Part shown: positions 25,608 to 36,775 of the stretch, piece after piece
Layout: the number at the start of each line of letters is the position of its first letter
Position numbering within the stretch: the stretch's first letter is position 1
Source of the DNA: Mantamonas sphyraenae STR306
Lineage: Eukaryota; Protista; CRuMs
Assembly (NCBI GenBank): GCA_026936335.1
Contig: JAPMXV010000042.1
Location: forward strand, 186,001 to 250,000
DNA length: 64,000 nucleotides
Direction: 5' to 3'
Notes under the pieces: generated by a model
What the model was told of the DNA's origin: nothing
The model's input: the letters and a program-made list of their open reading frames with translations, nothing else
The model's database searches: none
Made by a program: the position numbers and the translations under genes

Positions 25608-27125
25608 GGAGGAGGAGGGGATGAGGGAAAGGAAAGGGTGAAGCCTGCGTTTGACGGGGCAAAGTACCTGCGGGAGCAGAAGGAGAACAAGACGACGGTG
25701 ACGCCGGAGGAGTGGGTGGGACTTGTGCAGGCACAGTTGGGCAAACACGATTCGGAGGCAGTGCAGGGGATGCAATTGGCACTGGACGGGGGCAGTGATG
25801 GCAAAACGCACATGGTGGTGAGGTACACGTGTGAGGCCGGGGCGGTGGAGACACCCGGCAGCGAAGAGGCGCGCACACAGGGCCAGCTGGATGTGCTCAA
25901 GTTCTACGAGGACTACTGCCGGCTGCCCAAGAGCAGGGCAGGGGCCCAGGTGAAGATCCTGAACGCGGTGGTGCGCTACCTGGTGGCACCGTACTCGGAC
26001 TTTTTGACGGAGGCGACGCGGGAGTGGCAGACGGTGCAGGAGGCGCTGTACCCACGCCTGCGTGACTTGGCACACTACGAACGCTTCCACGTGCAGCGTG
26101 CGTACCAGGGCTTGCCGCAGGTGGATCTCCCCTTTGACACGGTGGTGCCCGAGTACCTTGCGGTGGACTTGTGTGTGGACACGGGCGAGCAGTTACACAG
26201 CGTGACTCAAGTGCACCTCGACGCGTGGGGCGTAAGCTGGGAGGTGGCCATGACACAAGCCATGAAGAACCTGACATCGTCGTCGTCGGGGGGCTCATCA
26301 ACAAGTCAGCAAGGAGGCAGTGGTGGTGGGTTTATGAGCCACGTGACGGACGAGTGTTGCTACCACATGGCCAACTGGAGGGACGGACACGACTCGGCAC
26401 GCATCCTGTTGCCGAGTGCCCAGTCGTTGCCTGTGCATGGGGATCTTGTGTTTATGGCCCCGCACAAGGATGTGCTCCTGATCACAGGGAGCCAGGATAC
26501 GGCGGGGCTGGCCCAAATGGTGAGCATCACCATGCGTGTGTTGGGCCAAGGCGAGACCGTGCTTATGCCCGTGGCATTTCGATTGACACAGGAGGGCCAC
26601 TTTGAGCCGTTTGAGCCAACGACGGCGGTAAACGGGAAGGGAGAGGGAGAGGCGGGGTCGTTGAGTGAGAAGCAACTGGAAGACATGAGCACACTGGCCA
26701 AGATGTTGGCCAACCTGCACAAGCAGACACTGGCCAGCAACTATCGCAGCCAGAAGCAGCTGATGGACAAGCTGAACGAGCAGGAACAGCATAGGCAGGG
26801 GATGACGGACGATGAGGCGGTGTTGGTTGCATCCGTGACCGTGATGCAAAACAGCGACACAGGCGACATGCTGTCCTACTGTGTGTGGTTGGATTGTGCC
26901 GAGACATGGATTGGCCAGGCCGACCTCATCATGTTTGCCACCAAGGAGAGCATGCCTCCCGTGCTTGGCTCCGCTCGATGGGCCGATGTGGTCGCCGTTT
27001 GCGGTGACCTGCTGGACGAGGTGCCCGACGTCGTTCCCAAACGCTGGCGCACTCGTGCCTTCCCCTCCCCGGAGGTACTGGAATCCCTCATCGACAAGGA
27101 ATTGCCCGCCAACATGAAGGTATAG
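25557..27125 (+). CDS. Intronless DUF1444/YtpQ-like protein of bacterial type
   Basis: LYPRLR, LDAWGVSWEVAMTQAMKNL, DGHDSARILLP, LPVHGDLVFMAPHKDVLLITGS, SYCVW, KRWRTRAFPSPE resemble bacterial DUF1444-like proteins (recalled, not searched). Confidence 0.65.
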
Positions 27126-27235
27126 TAAGGGAAATGTAGCACACGTGGTGTGGGTGATTGTGCGTGTGTGTATGTGTGTGTGCGGTGCGATGCGATGCTC
27201 GACAAAACAAAAAACCCGACCCAGCTGCTGCCCTG

Positions 27236-30200
27236 ATGAGCAATCACAGATCGTCAGCAGCGTCGCGTATGCGCTACGTTGGCAACTACTCGTTGAGCAG
27301 CACCGTGGGCGAGGGCAGGTACGTTGCGTGTGTGTGTGTGTGTGCGTGTGTCTTTGCCAAGAAGTTTCTAAAGTGGCAGACGCTTGTCGCCACCCCCCAC
27401 GCATGCTCCGTTTTGCGGCCCACACTCACACGGCCAGGATTACGACACACTTGGCCCCACGTGTGCGATGGCGATGGACGCACACAGCTTTGGTGTGGTG
27501 AAATTGGGCACTCATCTGCCCACAGGCGAAAGGGTATGGACGGGGAGGCGGCGTCAATTTTCTTCTTCTGCGTCTCCTCACTTTGCTTCCAGAGTTCCTC
27601 TCCCGCGTGGCCTCGGCCCTCTTTGGTTCGCCTTTTTACTCACACCCACACCCACAGGTCGCTGTCAAGATTCTGGAGAAGGACAAGCTTTCGGACAGCA
27701 CAGAGAACGATCGGATCCAGTGAGTTGTCCGTGGAACACGGCGAGAGGAGGCTTTTTGGGCATCGGTCACTTTCGTTCGGTCGTTTTGCCCTCCATGGGC
27801 TTGGGTTAGGTGCATGTGGGAGGCATGACTGCAGGCCCCGGTGGGCTGCCATGTGTGGCGTGGCACCGGTTGTGCGTATTTTGCATGCTGCGTGCGTGTG
27901 CCAGGCTTCCAAGTGCAGTTTCGCTCGTTGGCAGGAACGCACAACAACAACAACGGTTCACGTTTTCGCCCTCGTGTCGCTTGCATGGCGTGTCTGTGCG
28001 TGCTTAACTTGCATGTGTGCGATGTGTGCCGCCTCGCAACGCATGTGGTCTGGGTGTGTCTGTGATTCATGTCGTTGGTGGAGCGTGGCGGGTGTTGTTC
28101 CGCCACACGCGTCGCCCTGTGTGTGTCCAAGCTGACCCAAATCGCCTCTCGCACAAACGCGAAAACCGTGCAGGAGGGAAATCTCCATCATGAGGCTACT
28201 GGACCACGAGAATATTGCCAAGCTGATTGAGGTCATCGATACGTCACGGCACCTGTTCCTGGTGAGTGGAGAAAGCGGGTGTGTGGGAAGGCAGGGGCAA
28301 GGAGCGAGAGAAAAAGCCAAGGAGGGGCGGATGGAGGGGTGGGGCAAGAGGGGATAAGGACAGAACTTGGCCATGGATTGTGTCATGCCATGCTGACATG
28401 AGACATGTACATGCACACCCCCACGCACACATCGACACAGGTGATGGAGTACTGCAGTGGAGGAGAGTTGTTTGACTACATTGTGGCGCACCAGCGAGTG
28501 AAAGAGCACGAGGCACGCAAGCTGTTCCGTCAGATTGTGTCGGGCGTCTCGTACTGCCACAAGCACGCCGTCATCCACAGGGACTTGAAGCCCGAGAACC
28601 TGCTGCTGGACGGCAAGAAGAACATCAAAATCATCGACTTTGGGTTTGCCAACGTGATGGCTCCCGACGGTCTGCTCAAGACGTTCTGCGGCTCGCCGGC
28701 GTACGCAGCCCCGGAAATGGTGGAGGGACGCGAGTACACAGGGCCGGAAGTGGACATCTGGAGCATGGGAGTGATCCTGTATGCGCTCCTGTGTGGCTAC
28801 TTGCCGTTTGACCACGCCAACATTGGCAAGTTGTACCGTCTCATCCTTGCGGGCAAGTACTCGTGCCCGGAGTTCATGTCCGAGACGGCCGAGGATTTGC
28901 TGTCCATCATGTTGGTTCCCACACCCAGCGAGAGGGCGACCATTGATCAGGTGATTGAACATCCGTGGATGAATGAGGGCTACGACAGCCTGTGTGTGGA
29001 TCTGGAGGCGTTCAAGGAGCGGGAGGTGGATGTGGATCGGCAAATTGAGGCGCAGCTGAAGGAGATGGGCTTTGACACAACCCAACTGGAGAGTGACCTG
29101 GAGCAGCTGAAGCACAACCAGGTGACGGCCACGTACTACCTGCTGAAGAACCGCAAGGGGGGCAGCAACGCAAAGCCTGTGGACACGCAGATGACGCAGG
29201 GAGAAGACCCGTACGAGGACGCCTCGTCGGACGATGACTACGATGAAGATTACAGCACGGACGAAGAGTACGACTCGGATGGGTCGTACTCGGGTTCGAG
29301 TGACGGGGAGGAAGGCAGCGGAGGGATTGGCAAGAAGCGACAGGACTCGAAACGCAACGTGACGGCGGCCGCGTTGAACATCACCATCACCAAGGGTGGG
29401 CCGATGAGTGGACGTCGCAAGAAGAACGCACCGTCGCTGGGATTCGATTCGATTGCAGAGGAGCCGCTGACGGAGGAAGAAGAACCGCCGGAGGAGGAGG
29501 AGGTGCCGCCGTCGTCGTCGAACACACACGCGGGAGCTGCGGGCGACTTGACCATTCCGCCGTTCAAGGGGGCGTCTTCGGGCAAGGGCAAGTCGTCGTC
29601 GTCGTCGTCGGGTTACCGTGCGGTGATGGACAAGGAGAAGCGGGAGGAGGAGGAACGCAAGATGGACGAGCTGTACGCCAAAATGGCCAACTTTCACTTT
29701 GGTGGCTCGGACGACAATCAAGAGGGCGAGTCGGGCAGCAGCGGAAGTGGCAGTGGCACCGTCAACAGCCTGGCCAACACAGGCCCCGCACGCAGGCGCT
29801 CCAAGTCGATTTCCGTCACCGCCATGCGCATGGAGGAGGAGGAAGAGGCGGCAGCGGCGGCGGCGGCGGCAGCAGCAGCATCAGCAGCGTCGTCATCGTC
29901 ATCCTCCTCCTCCTCCTCGTCGTCGTCGTCGGCAAACGGCGAGCTGAGCGAGGAGGAACTGCTTGCCATGGGCAAAGGACGTTCGCGTACACACAGTGTG
30001 GACCCACAGGCGGCAGCCAAGATTGCCGTGCGTTTCATGTCGTCGATGACGGCCAACCTGCGCGAGGTGAAGGGCGCGTTCAACGTGGACACCACGTCGT
30101 CCAAGTCGCCCGAGTACATGGTGGCCGAGATCCAACGGGTGTTGGGCGAATCGCAGGTGGAGAGCAAACAGGACGGGAACCTGTTTCGTTGCTACCATGC

Positions 30201-30342
30201 CACCAGCAGGGTGCGCTTCGAGGTCGAGGTGGTCAAGATTCGCAACCTGCCCCTCAACGGCATCCGCCTTAAACGTGTGGCCGGCGACACCTGGAGCTTC
30301 AAGAAGCTCATGCAGTATCTGACAAGTCAGATGAAGATGTGA
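27236..30342 (+). CDS. CAMKL-family Ser/Thr kinase (MARK/AMPK-related) with UBA-like and C-terminal KA1 domains
   Basis: GEGSFGVVK (spliced), VAVKIL, HRDLKPEN, DFG, TFCGSPAYAAPE, HNQVTATYYLL, KA1 end VRFEVEVVKIRNLPLNGIRLKRVAGDTWSFK; four 5' introns. Confidence 0.93.
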
Positions 30343-30486
30343 GCATGGATGGGAGCACAGAGAGAGAGAGTGTGTGTGTGTGTGTGTGGGTCTCGGAGGA
30401 AACAAAGTTTGCGACTTTGCCAGGCCGGTGCTCCACGCGAGCCACACAAACCCCCCCCCCAACCCCCCCAACCCCAACCAGGAGTG

Positions 30487-32326
30487 ATGTCCAAGTACAG
30501 CGCTGTGTGTGGGTTGATGCTCATCGCCCTGCTTGCTGCAGGCGTGATGGCCAACATGGAAGAGTCGAGCTCGGAAGTGTCAAGCGCAGAGGTGAGTTCC
30601 CAGTAGAGCGTCGTAAGATTGGGCGATTGGGCCTTTGCATGAAGTTTTGTTGATTGTGTGCGGCTTGCCAGTGTATTTGTCTGCCTGTGGTTGCTCTGCG
30701 ATATGGATGGAGACCGCGTGGAGAGCGGCAGGGGTGTTTGCGCGCTGACTCGCATGAGACCCGGAATCCCCCCTTTTTTTTTCCGGCGGGTCGCAGCTTT
30801 CGGCGAGCGACGCCAGCGATGCCAGCGATGCCAGCGACGCCAGCGACGCCAGCGACGCCAGCGACGCCGAGGAGGAGGTGTACGATGAGGAGGCGCAGGA
30901 AAAGGTGGAGCAGGTCAAGCGATCATACACGCCGCAGCGGATCAAGGATGCGGTGCGCAAGGTGATGTCGTTTGTGAAGGACGCAGACTCTGCGTTTCAG
31001 CAAGCGCGTGTGATGTACGAGTCACTGCGCGCGCAGGGCCTGCGTGTCCACCTGTCGGATATGGTGCGCATGTTCTTCCACAAGCTGAAGCAGCAACGCA
31101 AGATGCATCGGTTGCCGAAGAGTGCGTCTTCGCAACGGAGCGATGACGAGGAGGTGTGGTCCGACGACGAGTGGGACGCAGAGGAGTTGGATGACGTGAT
31201 GGGCCAGGGCCACAACGCAGAGATTGCAGATGCGGACTTTTGGGGCCGTCGTCGCCGTCGCGGCTTTTTCCGACGCATTGCTCGTGTGGGACGTCGCATC
31301 GGCCGCTTTGTGGGCCGTGCGGTGCGTGGCATTGCGCGTGGCATCGGTCGCGTGTTTTCCAAGATTGGCAAGGTGGTTTCCAAGCTGGCAGCCAAGGTCA
31401 TGCCCCTGGTGGGCAAGATTGTCAACAACCCGTGGTTCTCGGGAATCCTGAACGTTGCGTCGTACTTTGTGCCTGGCCTGAGTGTGGTCAACACGGCGGT
31501 CAACTGGTTGCGTCAGGGCACGCAGCTGTTTTATGCTGTGGCAGGAGGTCAGCGTGCGCAGGTGCAGCAGATCACACACGAGCAGGCCAACGCCCAGGCG
31601 ATGGACATGATGGCCCTGGAGATGATTGAAGCCGCTGTGGTGCAGGCCAAGGAGCAGCGTGACTTCCGTCTGTACGATTTGATGAACGGACCGCGCTCGA
31701 CACCCGAGGTGCGCCACCACCTGCACTTGTTCCTGCGCCGCTACGGTGGCACGGACCACGGCAACGGCGTGTTGACATTCCGTTCGGATGCCAGCATGCA
31801 GAAGGCCGAGGGTGCGATGAAGCAGGCTGCGATGCAGCGCTGGAACCAGATGCAACCCCACTGCTACGAGAAGGACATTACGCTGGATTTCGACAGGCAG
31901 GGTGCATCGGTGAAGTGCAACGCAGGCTATGCAGTGACATCCGTGTGGAAGAGCGGCTGCAACGCTCTGTACTGCATCGAGAAGATGCGCTGCTGCGGCT
32001 GGAAGCGGGCTGCGGCCACGCGTCAGTACCGTGCCAACTGGGTGCTGTCCATGGACCGATCGGGATGGAGCCGATGCAACGGAGCGATGTCGGGTCTGGC
32101 ACGCTCCCATGGCGCTCAGCTGCAGAACCTGGAGCACGCGTACTGCACCGAGCTGCCGCTGAACGGCATGAACGCCATCGAGGTGAGCAACCCGTTTGCA
32201 GGCGGACCCGGCTGGAAGGGATGCCCCGCGGGGTACTTTATGGTGGGTATGCACCGTCGCGAAGGCGCTCCCGCTGGTCGCAGTGGTCTCACGGACGTCG
32301 ACAGTGCCATGTGTGTGTCCCTGTAA
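30487..32326 (+). CDS. Secreted protein: signal peptide, acidic pro-region, cationic amphipathic helix, C-terminal Cys-rich triple repeat
   Basis: MSKYSAVCGLMLIALLAAGVMA; in-frame intron 30592-30796; GRRRRRGFFRRIARVGRRIGRFVGRAVRG; CYEKDITLDFDRQG...CNALYCIEKMRCC, NWVLSMDRSGWSRC...LQNLEHAYC, GWKGCPAGYFMVGMHR. Confidence 0.8.
30806..30868 (+). repeat. 9-bp tandem repeat (AGCGAYGCC)n encoding (SDA)n
   Basis: About seven in-frame AGCGAC/TGCC units in exon 2 of the secreted protein gene. Confidence 0.9.
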
Positions 32327-32375
32327 GGAGAATACAGCAACGTGTTCAAGTTCAATTACACTAGAAGAGGTGATG

Positions 32376-32575
32376 GAGACGTGCATTGGATTGTGTGTGG
32401 GAGGGAGGTGGACGAGGAGGTGGAGACGGCTCTGGTGATGAACATGGAGGAGCGGGAGCGAATGTTTGAAGCCGGGTGCATGGAGGCATACGTGGAGGAG
32501 ATGGCGGGATGGAAGGGCTGGGTGACACTGCCGGACGAGGTGATGGAGCGTGTGTTGAAGTGGATGGTCGTGTGA
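32376..32575 (+). pseudogene. Orphan 3' fragment of an ankyrin-family paralogue
   Basis: DVHWIVCGREVDEEVETALVMNMEERERMFEAGCMEAYVEEMAGWKGWVTLPDEVMERVLKWMVV* is identical to the end of ORF 32648-36121 but has no upstream gene body. Confidence 0.85.
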
Positions 32576-33228
32576 GGAAGAAAAAAGAAGCGGGGATTGG
32601 TGCAACACGAACTCTTTTTGTGCAGTTGTTCAGCGGGGTGAGACGGGATGAACAGAGGGAACACGAGTGCCATGAGAGCGTGTGGACGATGGGGAAGCGT
32701 GGGCAAGATGATGGAAGTTTTGGGCGAGGACGGGGTGGATGTGAACGAGCAGGAGGAGGGAACGGGGAAGACGCTGTTGATGTGTGCGTGCGAAGGTGGT
32801 CGTGCAGACAAGGTGTGGGCGCTGTGCAAGGCGGGGGCGGATGTGGAGATGGAAGACTGGAGTGGGCGGCGTGCAGTGGAGTATGGGGTGGAGGCGGAAG
32901 CGTACGAGTGCGTGTGGGTGTTGGTAAAGTGCTTTGCAGGGAAAGAACTGGAGGGAGGGAAGAGTGGGCAGTGGACACGGAGCAGGGTGGTTGGAAGCGG
33001 ATGGCGGGTGTGGGAGGAGGGGGAGGAGGGACGGGAGTGGCTGCGTCGGATGTGCTATGGAGGAGGGAGCGAGAGGGAGCGACGGGTGGTGGAGTGGGAG
33101 GAAGGGGTGCACTTTGCAGTGGGGGAAGAGGAGGACATGTGTGTGGAGATGGTTCTGCTGATTGGGGAGGCAGAGGGGCTGGAGAGGGAGTGTGTGAGAC
33201 GGGTGGCAGAGTGGCTGACCGTGACCAA
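32376..33228 (+). repeat. About 853-bp direct repeat, copy 1 (ankyrin-gene 3' end + spacer + 5' constant region)
   Basis: Aligns by eye to 35922-36775 with only about a dozen substitutions and one indel. Confidence 0.95.
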
Positions 33229-36121
33229 AGGGACCGGAGCAAAGCGGGGCAGATTCCGCTCCGCAGCGGCCTCCCGTTCATCTGCAGAGGAGTTGCGGAG
33301 AGGTAATGTCACGTCTGTCGCTTCGAAGGGCAAGGGAGAAACAGAGCGAATGTCGAAGCTCGACCGCATCAAGCGACGGCAAAATCGGGCGGCGGCACAG
33401 CAAACGGTGACACCCACTCCCGCGCAGCAATTGCGTTTGCTGGTGCGGAAGGGCATGGCGGATGAGGTGAGTACATTGGTGAAGAAGGGATTCCAGACGC
33501 CGGAGTGGAAGGCAGAACTGGATGCATGCGTGTATGCCAGCGCAAGTCGGGGCGACGCCACATGCCTGCAGGTGCTGCTGGAAGCGGGTGCGAGCACTGA
33601 GCACATGGAAGGTGGACGGGGATGTGTGTGTGCAGCAGTGCGTGGAGGATCGGTGGCGTGTCTGCAGTTGTTGCTAGACGCGGGTGCGGATCCAAACGCT
33701 TGTGGGAAACGCACCACACCTGCGCTTTCTGAGGCCATCAAATCGGGCGATGAGGAAATGGTGCGCGTGCTATTGGGTTGTAAAGCGACGAGGGTGATTA
33801 CGGGTGACAAGGAGTGGCAACCGCTGGCAATAGCAGTCAGCTGTGGTTTGTCGGAATCTGTGGTGCGGGCCTTGATCGAGGCTGGTGCCCTGGTGAACAT
33901 GCGAGGCATGGGTGGGGCGAATGCACTTCATGTGGCTGTGCAGCAGGGAAACGCGAAGCATGTCAAACTGTTGTTGGAGCACGGGGCAGATGTGAACATG
34001 AGAACCAATGCCAATTCGACGCCGCTGTCGCTGGCAGTGATCCATGGTCACGCTGACATAGTCGACGTATTGTTGGAGGCCGGGGCGGATGCACACATGC
34101 ACGAGGGAAACAGAAGAGGTCGCTCGCTGTTGGCCGAGGCGGCGTCCATGGGGAATGTCGAGTGCCTGCGCGCGCTGCTGAAGCATGGGTCGATTGTGGA
34201 CGGGGAGTGGGGAGGGGACATGGATGTCCAGAGTGTGCTGATGCTGGCAGCTCAGAAGAATGTGGAGTGTGTTGAAGCGCTGATCGAAGCAGGGGTCGAT
34301 GTGAACGCATTGGGGCCGTTGGGGGTCACTGCCGTGCAAACTGCGGCCAGCCTGGGCAATTTGAGTGTGGTGAAGGCATTGGTGAATGCGGGTGCACATC
34401 TGGACAAAGTCAATGACCACGGAAGGCCTCCGTTGGCCGAAGCAGCGAGGGCAGGGCATTTGGAGTGTGTGCGATGGTTGCTGCAAAAGGGGGCAAACGT
34501 GGATGCAGTGGACAGCGAAGGGCGCACAGCACTGCTGGACGCTGTGAGGAGCTCGCACGTGGAGGTGATAGAGATGCTGTTGGAGTCTGGGGCGGACCCG
34601 GAACTTGGAAATGCCGAGACCTTCCCGTTGTGTGAAGCGGTGATGTGCAGGCGAGAGGACTGCGTGCGTGTGCTGTTGGGACACGGAGTGAATGTCAACA
34701 GGACAAAGGCGCGCAACTTCGGCCGCTATCATCAAGAACAGAGTGTGCTAGAGTTGGCAGCAGCACAAAGACAACTCGCTGTTGTTCAGTTGTTGCTGGA
34801 AAGCGGGGCCCATGTGCGTGACATTCCGGTGGTTCTCGCTGCAATTCCGCATCGTTCATGGGATCTCAAGGCCGGGGCGGAAGCGGCGGAGATTGTTCGA
34901 TTGCTGCTCGCAGCTGGAGCCAGTGCGACGCTGAGCGATGGGTACTCGTCACCCCTGGTGAAAGCTGTGCAAAGCGGATCTTTGGAGTTGGTGCAAATGC
35001 TGTTGGAAGAGGGGGTGCCGGTTACGGAGGATTCGACCGGGAGCTTGAGTGGGTTTGGTCGGTCGAGTGTGATGGAAGTTGCGATGCGCACTGCGTCCAA
35101 CTTTGGACCAGAAATACCAGCAGCGCTCTTGGATGCAGGAGCAGACCTTTCCACGCTGGAAGTGCCTTCAGGCATGTGGCATCTGGCAACGAAGGCTGTG
35201 CAACTTGCGCGTGGCACGATTTCGGTGTTGGCTCTCCAATGTCCGCCTGTCTCGGCAGAGGAGATCACAGAACTGGCTGCTGCTTTGCGCCGCCGTCCGA
35301 CCGTGGTGGAGTCATTGTGGCTAAATGATGTTTCACAGAGAGGGAGAGACAAATGGGAGGTGGGTGGGCTGTTGTCGCAAGTGAGGCATGTCAAGATCAA
35401 TGTGAAGCGGGACACCCTTCGGGCAGATTCGCTGGTGGATAAGCTTACGGATATGGTGTGTGCTCCCGGCAGTGCCGTGCGTGAGTACACAGTGATTGGA
35501 GAGCTGGGAGACGTGAGCAACTTTGTTCGTCGATGCGGAGAGGCATCGTGCAATCTCGAGTACGTGTGTGTGAACACTCGGTTGGGAAAGTGTGAGGTGA
35601 GCGAGGATAACTGGCAGCTTTGCTACGTCGTGGACAACTTTGGGGCGTGGGATCGGACACAGGTGCTGCAGCGGAACCGAGAAGCTGCGCAGGCGATGCT
35701 GCAGAGTGCCATGGCAGGAGACGTGCAAGGGGTGAAGAGGGCACTGGATCTGGGAGTGAGCATCAACAGCAGAGCGGGTGAGCTGAAGGACGACACTGTG
35801 CTGGAATGTGCATTGCAGGTGGGAGAGGGTGGACGAGAGCTGCTGACGTTGGCCAGGGAGGAAGGAGCGCGTGTGACACCGAGGGCGGTTGAATTGGCAC
35901 ATGAAGGTGGTGGGTGGAGGCGAGACGTGCATTGGATTGTGTGTGGGAGGGAGGTGGACGAGGAGGTGGAGACGGCCCTGGTGATGAACATGGAGGAGCG
36001 GGAGCGAATGTTTGAAGCCGGGTGCATGGAGGCATACGTGGAGGAGATGGCGGGATGGAAGGGCTGGGTGACACTGCCGGACGAGGTGATGGAGCGTGTG
36101 TTGAAGTGGATGGTCGTGTGA
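32648..36121 (+). CDS. Intronless ankyrin-repeat protein A (1157 aa): constant N-terminus, long Ank array, LRR-like segment, terminal Anks, C-terminal F-box-like motif
   Basis: Repeated ALHxA...G...V.LLLE.GADVN units; ends LPDEVMERVLKWMVV. Confidence 0.9.
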   Translation: MNRGNTSAMRACGRWGSVGKMMEVLGEDGVDVNEQEEGTGKTLLMCACEGGRADKVWALCKAGADVEMEDWSGRRAVEYGVEAEAYECVWVLVKCFAGKELEGGKSGQWTRSRVVGSGWRVWEEGEEGREWLRRMCYGGGSERERRVVEWEEGVHFAVGEEEDMCVEMVLLIGEAEGLERECVRRVAEWLTVTKGTGAKRGRFRSAAASRSSAEELRRGNVTSVASKGKGETERMSKLDRIKRRQNRAAAQQTVTPTPAQQLRLLVRKGMADEVSTLVKKGFQTPEWKAELDACVYASASRGDATCLQVLLEAGASTEHMEGGRGCVCAAVRGGSVACLQLLLDAGADPNACGKRTTPALSEAIKSGDEEMVRVLLGCKATRVITGDKEWQPLAIAVSCGLSESVVRALIEAGALVNMRGMGGANALHVAVQQGNAKHVKLLLEHGADVNMRTNANSTPLSLAVIHGHADIVDVLLEAGADAHMHEGNRRGRSLLAEAASMGNVECLRALLKHGSIVDGEWGGDMDVQSVLMLAAQKNVECVEALIEAGVDVNALGPLGVTAVQTAASLGNLSVVKALVNAGAHLDKVNDHGRPPLAEAARAGHLECVRWLLQKGANVDAVDSEGRTALLDAVRSSHVEVIEMLLESGADPELGNAETFPLCEAVMCRREDCVRVLLGHGVNVNRTKARNFGRYHQEQSVLELAAAQRQLAVVQLLLESGAHVRDIPVVLAAIPHRSWDLKAGAEAAEIVRLLLAAGASATLSDGYSSPLVKAVQSGSLELVQMLLEEGVPVTEDSTGSLSGFGRSSVMEVAMRTASNFGPEIPAALLDAGADLSTLEVPSGMWHLATKAVQLARGTISVLALQCPPVSAEEITELAAALRRRPTVVESLWLNDVSQRGRDKWEVGGLLSQVRHVKINVKRDTLRADSLVDKLTDMVCAPGSAVREYTVIGELGDVSNFVRRCGEASCNLEYVCVNTRLGKCEVSEDNWQLCYVVDNFGAWDRTQVLQRNREAAQAMLQSAMAGDVQGVKRALDLGVSINSRAGELKDDTVLECALQVGEGGRELLTLAREEGARVTPRAVELAHEGGGWRRDVHWIVCGREVDEEVETALVMNMEERERMFEAGCMEAYVEEMAGWKGWVTLPDEVMERVLKWMVV

Positions 36122-36775
36122 GGAAGAAAAAAGAAGCGGGGATTGGAACAACACGAACCCCTTTTTGTGCAGTTGTTCAGCGGGGCGAGACGGGATGAGC
36201 AGAGGGAACACGAGTGTCATGAGAGCGTGTGGACGATGGGGAAGCGTGGGCAAGATGATGGAAGTTTTGGGCGAGGACGAGGTGGATGTGAACGAGCAGG
36301 AGGAGGGAACGGGGAAGACGCTGTTGATGTGTGCGTGCGAAGGTGGTCGAGCAGACAAGGTGTGGGCGCTGTGCAAGGCGGGGGCGGATGTGGAGATGGA
36401 AGACTGGAGTGGGCGGCGTGCAGTGGAGTATGGGGTGGAGGCGGAAGCGTACGAGTGCGTGTGGGTGTTGGTAAAGTGCTTTGCAGGGAAAGAACTGGAG
36501 GGAGGGAAGAGTGGGCAATGGACACGGAGCAGGGTGGTTGGAAGCGGATGGCGGGTGTGGGAGGAGGGGGAGGAGGGACGGGAGTGGCTGCGTCGGATGT
36601 GCTATGGAGGAGGGAGCGAGAGAGAGCGACGGGTGGTGGAGTGGGAGGAAGGGGTGCACTTTGCAGTGGGGAAAGAGGAGGACATGTGTGTGGAGATGGT
36701 TCTGCTGATTGGGGAGGCAGAGGGGCTGGAGAGGGAGTGTGTGAGACGGGTGGCAGAGTGGCTGACCGTGACCAA
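35922..36775 (+). repeat. About 853-bp direct repeat, copy 2
   Basis: Near-identical to 32376-33228. Confidence 0.95.

Noticed and set aside
30806-30868. Short repeat array as CRISPR or regulatory repeat
   Set aside because: No spacers, eukaryotic context, and it is in-frame coding (SDA)n.
27958-32608. Long antisense ORFs (27958-29721, 31022-32608) and the many overlapping ORFs in the track, including 160-1044, 1276-2244 and 2245-3216
   Set aside because: Shadow frames of GC-rich genuine genes on the opposite strand; no recognisable motifs.
32376-36775. 853-bp direct repeats as LTRs of a retrotransposon
   Set aside because: No TG...CA termini, no gag/RT/integrase or recombinase ORF; the repeats are in-frame parts of the ankyrin genes.
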